From: Saprospiraceae bacterium
GTDB lineage: Bacteria > Bacteroidota > Bacteroidia > Chitinophagales > Saprospiraceae
Direction of reading: 5' to 3'
Assembly (NCBI GenBank): GCA_044352635.1
Contig: JBILDL010000001.1
Span: 1-30,182 of the forward strand
Length of the DNA: 30,182 nucleotides
Position 1 is the stretch's first letter; every line of letters starts with the position of its first letter. The notes beneath the pieces were generated by a model. It did not search any database. It was not told where the DNA came from and was given only the letters and a program-made list of their open reading frames with translations. Both the position numbers and the translations under genes were made by a program. Below are positions 13,011-20,528 of this stretch, piece after piece.

Positions 13011-13024
13011 CCTTAAATTTAAGG
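13011..13024. repeat. Perfect 14-bp palindrome CCTTAAATTTAAGG in the divergent ptaN/topA intergenic region
   Basis: Self reverse-complementary; contains TAAATTTA on both strands. Confidence 0.7.
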
Positions 13025-13042
13025 CTAAATTTCATAGATTAA

Positions 13043-13075
13043 TTTGACATTATTATTTTTTTTACGATACTTTTG
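13043..13075 (+). promoter_or_regulatory. topA promoter TTTG-N21-TACTTTTG
   Basis: Exact match to the Bacteroidota -33/-7 consensus, 43 nt upstream of ATG 13119. Confidence 0.7.
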
Positions 13076-13118
13076 GGGTTTATTTGAAAAAATCAATTCT
13101 TGAAGATAAAATTTTATT

Positions 13119-15668
13119 ATGCCCAAACACCTTCTTATTGTCGAGTCACCAGCGAAAGCTAAAACCATTGAAAAATTTCTGGGTGGCGATTTTACCGTTA
13201 AATCAAGTTATGGACATATCAGAGATTTAGAAAAGGGAAATAGCGCAGTGGACGTTTCGATGGACTTTAAACCTCACTACATTATTTCACCTGAAAAACT
13301 TAAATTAGTAAAAGATTTAAAAGAAGCAGTTAAAAAAGTAGATGAGGTTTGGTTAGCCACGGACGAAGACCGGGAGGGAGAGGCCATTTCCTGGCACTTA
13401 TGTGAGGTCTTGAATTTAGACGTGCATAAAACAAAGAGAATAGTTTTTAGAGAAATAACAAAACAAGCGATTACAAAAGCTATTCAATCTCCTAGAAATT
13501 TAGATTTAAATCTTGTAAATGCTCAACAAGCCAGAAGAATTCTCGACAGATTAGTTGGATTTGAACTTTCAGAAATTTTATGGCGAAAGGTTAAGGGTAA
13601 ATTATCTGCCGGAAGAGTTCAATCGGTTGCGGTAAAGTTAATTGTTGAGAAAGAAAGAGAAATCAATCAATTCAACTCCGAACTATTTTTTAAAGTAGAA
13701 GCTTTCTTTTCTGTTTATAATGAACAAGGGAAATCAATCTTATTAAAATCAGAACTCACCAATAAACTACAGGGGATTGCACAGGCAAATGATTTTTTAT
13801 TGTCTTGCGTCGGTGCTCAATATACTATCCAATCTATTGAGGTTAAGCCATTGTCAAGAAAACCTGCGGCTCCTTTTACTACATCAACCCTTCAACAAGA
13901 GGCGAGTAGAAAATTAGGTTTTTCCGTACAGCGAACTATGATCATTGCTCAAAAACTATATGAAGCAGGACATATATCCTATATGAGAACCGATTCAACG
14001 AGTTTAAGCGAACAAGCTATTCTGGCAATTGAAAATGAAATAGTTCAATCCTTTGGTGCAAAATATTCAACACCAAGGAGATATAAAAGTAAATCAGCTA
14101 ATGCTCAGGAAGCGCATGAGGCTATAAGACCTACCTACTTTGAAAAATCTCAAATTACGGGTGATAGAGATGAAGCAAGATTGTATGAGTTAATTTGGAA
14201 GAGGGCTATGGCGTCTCAAATGGCTGAGGCGTTATTAGAAAAAACCCAGGTTAAAATAGGTATATCAACGGTACCAAAAGCGGTGCTATTAGCTGAAGGG
14301 GAAGTCCTTAAGTTTGATGGATTTCTAAAACTTTATCTCGAATCTAATGACGACGATGAAGAAGATGAAGTAAAAGGAATGCTTCCTCCACTTAAAGTGG
14401 AGCAGGTGTTGCCCCTGAGTGAAATGAAAGCAACAGAAAGGCAAACGAGAGGTCCTTCCAGATATTCTGAGGCTGGTTTAGTTAAAAAATTAGAGGAACT
14501 TGGAATAGGAAGACCCTCTACGTATGCTCCCACTATAAGTAAAATCATGGAGGAAGGTAGGGGATATGTTGTTAAAGAATCTAAAGATGGTACAGAACAG
14601 ATTTTTCAAGTCCTGAAGCTTGAGAATGATAAGATATCGCAACATTCTCTAAAAGAAAATACTGGTTCTTTTAAAAACAGACTGGTACCAACCGATATGG
14701 GTATTACTGTTGCAGATTTTCTAGATGAGAATTTTGTGGAAATCATGAATTATTCATTCACCGCTGAAATAGAAGAAAGGTTCGATGCCGTCGCTTTGGG
14801 TAAAATTGCATGGACCAAAATGTTGAAAGATTTTTATTTCCCTTTTCATGATCTCGTGATTCAAACGATGGAAAGTGCTACCAGACCAACCCGCGAGAGA
14901 ATACTAGGTAAAGATCCTGTAACGGGCTTAACCGTTCTTACGAGGATGACCCGTGTAGGCCCAGTGGTTCAAATGGGGACTCCCGATGAATTAGGTCCAG
15001 AAGGCAAGCCAAAATATGGAAATTTAGTGGCTGGCCAATCTATCGAAACCCTTACTTTTGAAGAAGCTTTACTTCTTTTCTCTCTTCCCCGTGACTTGGG
15101 AACCTATTTGAATGAAAAAGTCTCAATCGGTAAAGGTAAGTTTGGTCCTTATGTGAAATTTGGAGAGAAATTTATATCTATTCCCAGAACATCAGATCCT
15201 TTTACTATTACTATAGATGAGGCTCAAAGTCTCATTGACCAAAAAGAAAAAGAAGATGCTCCAGTTCATCATTATCAAAATGAACCGGTAACTAAAGGGA
15301 AAGGTCGTTTTGGTCCATTTTTAAAATGGAAGGAATATTTTATAAATATTCCTAAAAAATATAATCCGGATACCATTTCTGTAAAAGATATGGACGAACT
15401 TATTTCCGCTAAAATTAATAAGGAAAATAGTAGATTTATCTTGCAATGGGAGTCAGAACATATTAGTGTGGAAAGAGGTCGTTGGGGGCCATTTATTCGA
15501 TTTAAAAAGGAAATGATTTCTTTTCCAAAGACGGATGGCATTAAAATAGATGATGAACAAGCAGCGCTGTTTGACTTAGATTCTATCAAGAAAATCATTG
15601 AAAAACAAATTCCTGACGCTTTTAAAGTTAAAATTACCGCAAAAAAAACAAAAGCTAAAAAAATATAA
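13119..15668 (+). CDS. topA: DNA topoisomerase I (type IA) with zinc-free C-terminal repeats and Lys-rich tail
   Basis: IVESPAKAKTI, SYGHIRDL, ATDEDREGEAI, SAGRVQS, ISYMRTDS (catalytic Tyr), AQEAHEAIRPT, GIGRPSTYA; four G(R/K)FGP-type repeats; tail KKTKAKKI. Confidence 0.97.
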   Translation: MPKHLLIVESPAKAKTIEKFLGGDFTVKSSYGHIRDLEKGNSAVDVSMDFKPHYIISPEKLKLVKDLKEAVKKVDEVWLATDEDREGEAISWHLCEVLNLDVHKTKRIVFREITKQAITKAIQSPRNLDLNLVNAQQARRILDRLVGFELSEILWRKVKGKLSAGRVQSVAVKLIVEKEREINQFNSELFFKVEAFFSVYNEQGKSILLKSELTNKLQGIAQANDFLLSCVGAQYTIQSIEVKPLSRKPAAPFTTSTLQQEASRKLGFSVQRTMIIAQKLYEAGHISYMRTDSTSLSEQAILAIENEIVQSFGAKYSTPRRYKSKSANAQEAHEAIRPTYFEKSQITGDRDEARLYELIWKRAMASQMAEALLEKTQVKIGISTVPKAVLLAEGEVLKFDGFLKLYLESNDDDEEDEVKGMLPPLKVEQVLPLSEMKATERQTRGPSRYSEAGLVKKLEELGIGRPSTYAPTISKIMEEGRGYVVKESKDGTEQIFQVLKLENDKISQHSLKENTGSFKNRLVPTDMGITVADFLDENFVEIMNYSFTAEIEERFDAVALGKIAWTKMLKDFYFPFHDLVIQTMESATRPTRERILGKDPVTGLTVLTRMTRVGPVVQMGTPDELGPEGKPKYGNLVAGQSIETLTFEEALLLFSLPRDLGTYLNEKVSIGKGKFGPYVKFGEKFISIPRTSDPFTITIDEAQSLIDQKEKEDAPVHHYQNEPVTKGKGRFGPFLKWKEYFINIPKKYNPDTISVKDMDELISAKINKENSRFILQWESEHISVERGRWGPFIRFKKEMISFPKTDGIKIDDEQAALFDLDSIKKIIEKQIPDAFKVKITAKKTKAKKI

Positions 15669-15670
15669 CC

Positions 15671-16009
15671 ATGTCAAAATTAAACGAAAATCTGGATAAT
15701 CAAGAGATAATGGAAAACTCAATGAATATTGAGTTGTCAGAAGAAATTGCAGAAGGTATTTATTCGAATCTCGCAGTTATTTCTCACAGTAATGCTGAAT
15801 TTGTAGTAGATTTCATATTACTTGTTCCTAATGTACCTAAAGCTAAGGTTAAATCAAGAATTATTTTGACGCCTCAACACGCTAAAAGATTGTTAGGTGC
15901 AATGGCGGATAATATTAAAAGGTATGAGCAACAATTTGGTGAAATTGTTGACCCTAATGCTAATAATTATATCCCGCCAATGCACTTTACAACGAGAGGG
16001 GAAGCTTAA
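15671..16009 (+). CDS. DUF3467 family protein
   Basis: NIELSEEIAEGIYSNLAVISHSNAEFVVDF, KAKVKSRIILTPQHAKRL, ENI-like DNIKRYEQQFGEI. Confidence 0.88.
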   Translation: MSKLNENLDNQEIMENSMNIELSEEIAEGIYSNLAVISHSNAEFVVDFILLVPNVPKAKVKSRIILTPQHAKRLLGAMADNIKRYEQQFGEIVDPNANNYIPPMHFTTRGEA

Positions 16010-16461
16010 TTGGAAAAGGCCAATAATTCTATTTCAAAGATTAAGACGCTTCTTCCTGGTATACCACCTGAACCAAACTGTCCGTATCCAAGATTAGATG
16101 GTATGATAAAAGTTCCTTTTCCTCCTTTTTTAAGTAAAGGAATAGCTATTCTCCATCCTGGAATGAGACTTGTCAGTTGAAATGTAGCCGATTTACCTGT
16201 CCCTGTTTGATCGAATACAGTGCCGTCCATAAGCGTTCCTTTATACCTTACCTCTACTGTTGCCGTTGGGGAAGGGTTATTCCCTACACCAGTATTGATA
16301 ATGTTGTAGTGGATGCCACTTGGATCTTTGGTCATGGTTAATTTATTAGTGGTCAGGTAGTTTACAATTACTTCCTGATCTACCATATCCTGATCAACCA
16401 CTTCTTTTGTACATGAAGAAAAAAGAAAGGTCAACAGAAATAAAAATCCTACTTGTTTCAT
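16006..16461 (-). CDS. FKBP-type peptidyl-prolyl cis-trans isomerase, lipoprotein
   Basis: Lipobox LFSS-C; VEVRYKGTLMDGTVFDQ, LIPGWRIAI, FIIPSNLGYG, IPGRSVLIFEIEL. Confidence 0.93.
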   Translation of the reverse strand: MKQVGFLFLLTFLFSSCTKEVVDQDMVDQEVIVNYLTTNKLTMTKDPSGIHYNIINTGVGNNPSPTATVEVRYKGTLMDGTVFDQTGTGKSATFQLTSLIPGWRIAIPLLKKGGKGTFIIPSNLGYGQFGSGGIPGRSVLIFEIELLAFSN

Positions 16462-16475
16462 ATATATATTTTTTA

Positions 16476-16483
16476 CAAAAGTA
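16476..16483 (-). promoter_or_regulatory. Putative -7 element TACTTTTG for the FKBP gene
   Basis: Exact TAnnTTTG on the minus strand 14 nt upstream of ATG 16461. Confidence 0.55.
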
Positions 16484-16493
16484 AATAATTTCC

Positions 16494-18146
16494 ATGACTA
16501 ACAAAGAAATTGCACAGACATTCCAGCTTTTGTCAAATCTTATGGAATTACACGATGGAGACCCATTTCGAATCAAATCTTATCAATTTGTTTACCAAAC
16601 GATAAGAAATTTAGAGGTTTCTCTTGTCGATTTACCCCAGTCAGAAATAGCTAAAATTAAGGGCATAGGTAAATCTATTGCCTTACAATTGGTCGAGCTG
16701 CTAAACACAGGCAGTTTAACCTCACTAAATAATCTTTTAGAAATAACACCACCTGGCATTCTGAAATTATTGAAAATAAAAGGTTTTGGGCCTAAAAAAA
16801 TCAAACAACTCTGGTCTGAACTTGGCACTGAAACGCCAGGCGAACTTCTTTATGCTATTCAAGAAAATAGATTACTTGCCTTAAAGGGATTTGGTCAAAA
16901 ATCTCAGGATGAACTACATAAACAGATTCTGTTTTTGTTGCATCATGATAATCAATTTTTATACCCTGAATTATTACAAGAAGCCAACGAATTATTAGGT
17001 TCCTTTACATCGCTTCATTCAACTATTGTTATCGAATTAACGGGCGATTTGAAAAGGAAGTTACCTTACTCAAAGTCTATTGAGTTTTTTTTAGACGGGT
17101 CACCAGATACGAAACTATTTGACAACTTAGCCCATGTGAGTGAGGTGGAATTAAAGGAGGATAGTATTACCGCTACCTGGAAAGGATTTTACAAAGTAGT
17201 TTTTTATTTTTCAAATGGGGTTAAATTCGGAAATAAATGGATGGTTCATACAGGTAGTAATACCTTTATAAATAGTTTATCTTTAGATCTATTAGCTCCA
17301 GATACGCCTGATTTTAATACAGAGGAGGAGGTGTTTTCATCTTTAAAATTGCAAGTTATTCCTCCGGAAGTAAGAGAATATCCAATACATGATATTCTGG
17401 ACTCTAACGTATTGGATAATTTGATAACCATAGATGATATAAAGGGAGTGGTTCATTCTCATTCTTTATATAGTGATGGCTCTAATACTATAGCTCAAAT
17501 GGCATCTGTATCTCAACAAAGTGGATACGCCTATTTAGTTATGACCGACCATTCACAGGCAGCATTTTATGCTAATGGATTGAAATGGGATAGAATTATT
17601 CAACAACAACAAGAGATTGATAAGCTAAATAAGGAAAATGAAGGTTTCACCATACTCAAAGGCATTGAATGTGATATTTTATCCAATGGTGATTTAGATT
17701 ATACTCATGAAATTCTCTCAACTTTTGACGTAATTATCGCTTCTATCCATAGTATTTTAAAAATGGATGAAGAGAGGGCAATGTCCAGAATAATTAAAGC
17801 TATTGAAAATCCTTTTACACATATATTAGGTCATCCAACGGGTAGATTATTACTTTCGAGGCCCGGTTACCCCTTAGATATGAAAAAAGTGATAGATGCT
17901 TGTAGTGCCAACAAAGTAGCTATTGAACTAAATGCAAATCCACGAAGATTAGATCTTGACTGGCAATGGATTCCTTATGCAATGGATAAAAATGTATTTA
18001 TTTCTATTAATCCGGATGCTCACGCTTTAAAAGGAATTGACGACATTAAGTATGGCGTGAATATGGCCAGGAAAGGAAAACTGCAAAAGGAATTTTGTTT
18101 AAATGCCTGCGATGTTTCTACTTTTTTAGACAGAATAAAAAAGTAA
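16494..18146 (+). CDS. PolX-PHP protein with degenerate polymerase active site and intact PHP domain
   Basis: N-terminal lyase/HhH (IKGIGKS, IKGFGPKK, LKGFGQKS); palm TGDLKRKLPYSKSIEFF lacks DxD; PHP motifs HSH..YSDG, TDHS, GIECD, SIHS, GHPTGR, NPDAH. Confidence 0.9.
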   Translation: MTNKEIAQTFQLLSNLMELHDGDPFRIKSYQFVYQTIRNLEVSLVDLPQSEIAKIKGIGKSIALQLVELLNTGSLTSLNNLLEITPPGILKLLKIKGFGPKKIKQLWSELGTETPGELLYAIQENRLLALKGFGQKSQDELHKQILFLLHHDNQFLYPELLQEANELLGSFTSLHSTIVIELTGDLKRKLPYSKSIEFFLDGSPDTKLFDNLAHVSEVELKEDSITATWKGFYKVVFYFSNGVKFGNKWMVHTGSNTFINSLSLDLLAPDTPDFNTEEEVFSSLKLQVIPPEVREYPIHDILDSNVLDNLITIDDIKGVVHSHSLYSDGSNTIAQMASVSQQSGYAYLVMTDHSQAAFYANGLKWDRIIQQQQEIDKLNKENEGFTILKGIECDILSNGDLDYTHEILSTFDVIIASIHSILKMDEERAMSRIIKAIENPFTHILGHPTGRLLLSRPGYPLDMKKVIDACSANKVAIELNANPRRLDLDWQWIPYAMDKNVFISINPDAHALKGIDDIKYGVNMARKGKLQKEFCLNACDVSTFLDRIKK

Positions 18147-18206
18147 AATTAACCGTCTATTAACAAAATAAATAGCTTGCCATACTAAGAATTGAATAAT
18201 TGTACC

Positions 18207-18214
18207 TATTTTTG
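18207..18214 (+). promoter_or_regulatory. Putative -7 element TATTTTTG for the DUF1573 gene
   Basis: Exact TAnnTTTG followed by C, 34 nt upstream of ATG 18249. Confidence 0.5.
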
Positions 18215-18248
18215 CGGCTGATTTTAGTTTTATTAAATTTTAAAAAAA

Positions 18249-18761
18249 ATGAATATGAACAGAAATAGTTTTTTCCTGATGTTATTTGTTTCATCAAGTA
18301 TTTTAGTAAGCTGTGATTCAAAAAGTGATGTTAGAGATGCTGCAAAGGATAGCCTAAATCCAGAAGCTAGTGCGATGACAGCAACTGCTACAGATCCAAC
18401 AGCGATGCCTTCTGAGGCGCCAACTGGACCTACAACCACGGTAAATTTTTCAGAAGAAAGATTTAACTTCGGAACAGTGGCTGCGGGTGAAAAGGTTCAG
18501 CATAATTTCAAAATTAAAAATACGGGTAAAGAACCATTAATTATTACTAATGCAAGTAGTAGTTGTGGTTGTACTGTACCTGAATGGCCAAAAGAACCTA
18601 TTGCTCCAGGTAAATCAGGAGAAATAAAGGTTGTTTTTGATAGTAATGGTAAAAGTGGTGCTCAAAGTAAAAGAGTTACTATCGTTTCTAATACAAATCC
18701 ACCAGAATCTTTTCTTTACCTGGAAGGAGATGTTTCAGGCGGTGCTCCTCAAGGGAATTAA
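18249..18761 (+). CDS. DUF1573 domain lipoprotein (Ig-like, CGC motif)
   Basis: Lipobox ILVS-C, Ala/Thr/Pro linker, FNFGTV, FKIKNTGKEPLII, SSCGCTVPEWPKEPIAPGKSGEIKVVFDS. Confidence 0.88.
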   Translation: MNMNRNSFFLMLFVSSSILVSCDSKSDVRDAAKDSLNPEASAMTATATDPTAMPSEAPTGPTTTVNFSEERFNFGTVAAGEKVQHNFKIKNTGKEPLIITNASSSCGCTVPEWPKEPIAPGKSGEIKVVFDSNGKSGAQSKRVTIVSNTNPPESFLYLEGDVSGGAPQGN

Positions 18762-18777
18762 AAAAATCTAACCTAAT

Positions 18778-18810
18778 AAAGGGAATCTCTTACAGGGGTT
18801 CCCTTTTTTT
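18778..18810 (+). terminator. Intrinsic terminator after the DUF1573 gene
   Basis: AAAGGGAATCTC-TTACA-GGGGTTCCCTTT stem (with G-U pairs) ending in a 7-T tract. Confidence 0.8.
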
Positions 18811-18815
18811 ATATT

Positions 18816-19682
18816 ATGCTGAATCTATACTTATCACTCATAAAGTTTAGTCATACTGTCTTTGCTTTACCCTTCGCACTCATTGGTTTTTATCTGGCCT
18901 ATTTTAAATATCAACCAACCGATGTTATTACTAAATTTATTTTAGTGATTTTAGCCATGGTTTTTGCCAGAAGTTCTGCTATGGCCTTTAATAGGTATGT
19001 TGACAGGGAAATAGATGCCAAAAATCCACGGACAAAAGATCGGGAAATTCCGTCAGGTAAAATCTCAAAACAAGCGGCTATTTGGTTTATTTTATTAAGT
19101 ATGTTGGGCTTCATAACTACTACTTTTTTTATAAATAAATTATGTTTTTACCTTTCTCCCATTGCATTATTAGTGATATTGGGGTACAGTTTCACGAAGC
19201 GTTTCACTTGGCTTTGCCATTATGTATTAGGTTTAGGTTTAGCCCTTGCACCTATTGGCGCTTATCTCACCATTAGTGGCGAATTTGATAGTTTAACTAT
19301 AATATTTGGGTGTTGTGTTTTCTTTTGGGTAGGAGGATTCGATATAATTTATGCTTTGCAGGATGCTTCTTTTGACGCTTCCTTTCAATTAAAATCAATT
19401 CCAGCACAATTTGGCATAAGCAAGGCGATAACAATTTCAAGAATCTCCCATCTTTTATCTGCTTTATGTCTATTTTTTGGCGTTCTCCTATTGAATAAAC
19501 AATACACCAGCATTGGATGGTTATCTTGGCTCGCTTTTGTTCTCTTTATTATACTACTTGTAAGGCAGCACCTATTAGTTAATGATAAAGATTTATCCAG
19601 AATAAATCAGGCCTTTTTTACTACCAATGGGATGGCTAGTGTAATTTTAGGGTCATTTATTATATTGGATTTGTTTATTTGA
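18816..19682 (+). CDS. UbiA-family prenyltransferase, MqnP-like (futalosine menaquinone pathway)
   Basis: IKFSHTVFALPF, ARSSAMAFNRYVDREIDAKNPRT, YSFTKRFT, GFDIIYALQD, FFTTNG; multi-TM. Confidence 0.85.
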   Translation: MLNLYLSLIKFSHTVFALPFALIGFYLAYFKYQPTDVITKFILVILAMVFARSSAMAFNRYVDREIDAKNPRTKDREIPSGKISKQAAIWFILLSMLGFITTTFFINKLCFYLSPIALLVILGYSFTKRFTWLCHYVLGLGLALAPIGAYLTISGEFDSLTIIFGCCVFFWVGGFDIIYALQDASFDASFQLKSIPAQFGISKAITISRISHLLSALCLFFGVLLLNKQYTSIGWLSWLAFVLFIILLVRQHLLVNDKDLSRINQAFFTTNGMASVILGSFIILDLFI

Positions 19683-20496
19683 TATTTTTTATCTCGTCAC
19701 CCACGTGTATAATATCATTGTCGGTTCCTGTCTTTAAGCAAGCGTTCAGGCCGAAGATAATTTTTTTATTTTCGAGATAATTCTTTGACATAAATGGTAA
19801 AATCTGTTCATTCACCGTCATTGTTTCAGGTTCAATACTTATAACCTGACATCTTGCACAGGGTTTAAAGGAATCAAAAATATGATTGTTTATTTCAATA
19901 GACTTCCAACTTTTTTCTTCGTTAAGTTCACTATTATTTATGACTATATTAGGTCTGAAATGTAACATTGATACCTTTTTGTCTAAATGGCTATTCAAGA
20001 AAGCTAAATTTGTTTCAGAACAAATTAAATAAGGAAAACCATCAGCAAATAAAACACCCTGTCCTTTATTTGCGTATTTTAAATCAACTTGTCTAAAAAA
20101 ATCTGGTATCATTCTTACAAGCATGCAGCGTATGCCTAACGCCTCGGAAAACCAGTCGTCTATCATTTTATCTACTGATTGAACATCTATAACGTCATCC
20201 CAAACGTTTACCTTATATATGATACTTTTTTGATATGGAGGATTTAAATGAACTAAAATTGGAGTTTGATTTTTTTTCTCATTTTCTAATTGTAATAAAT
20301 CTTCATTTATCATGCTGACTTTTATGCTGTACAATGATGGAAACTCTCTTAGAGTGATCATTTTTTTTTCAGCATAACTCATTAACATAAACTTTCTATC
20401 ATTTTTAAATCCAGTAGATGTTACTTTAGCTAACGGAAGAGAAACCCCACTAAGTGATTTTATCGGATAAATGATTATTTTTGAGACAGTTTTCAT
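19675..20496 (-). CDS. MOSC domain protein with MOSC_N beta-barrel (mARC/YcbX-like)
   Basis: IYPIKSLSG, DRKFML, FADGFPYLI, FRPNIVI, KPCARC (conserved Cys). Start ATG 20496. Confidence 0.9.
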   Translation of the reverse strand: MKTVSKIIIYPIKSLSGVSLPLAKVTSTGFKNDRKFMLMSYAEKKMITLREFPSLYSIKVSMINEDLLQLENEKKNQTPILVHLNPPYQKSIIYKVNVWDDVIDVQSVDKMIDDWFSEALGIRCMLVRMIPDFFRQVDLKYANKGQGVLFADGFPYLICSETNLAFLNSHLDKKVSMLHFRPNIVINNSELNEEKSWKSIEINNHIFDSFKPCARCQVISIEPETMTVNEQILPFMSKNYLENKKIIFGLNACLKTGTDNDIIHVGDEIKNIK

Positions 20497-20528
20497 AACC
20501 AATGACTAATTTTATAAAAAATAATACA

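Noticed and set aside
16494-18146. PolX as a pseudogene
   Set aside because: The ORF is uninterrupted at 550 aa and all PHP ligands are conserved, which fits selective loss of polymerase activity only.
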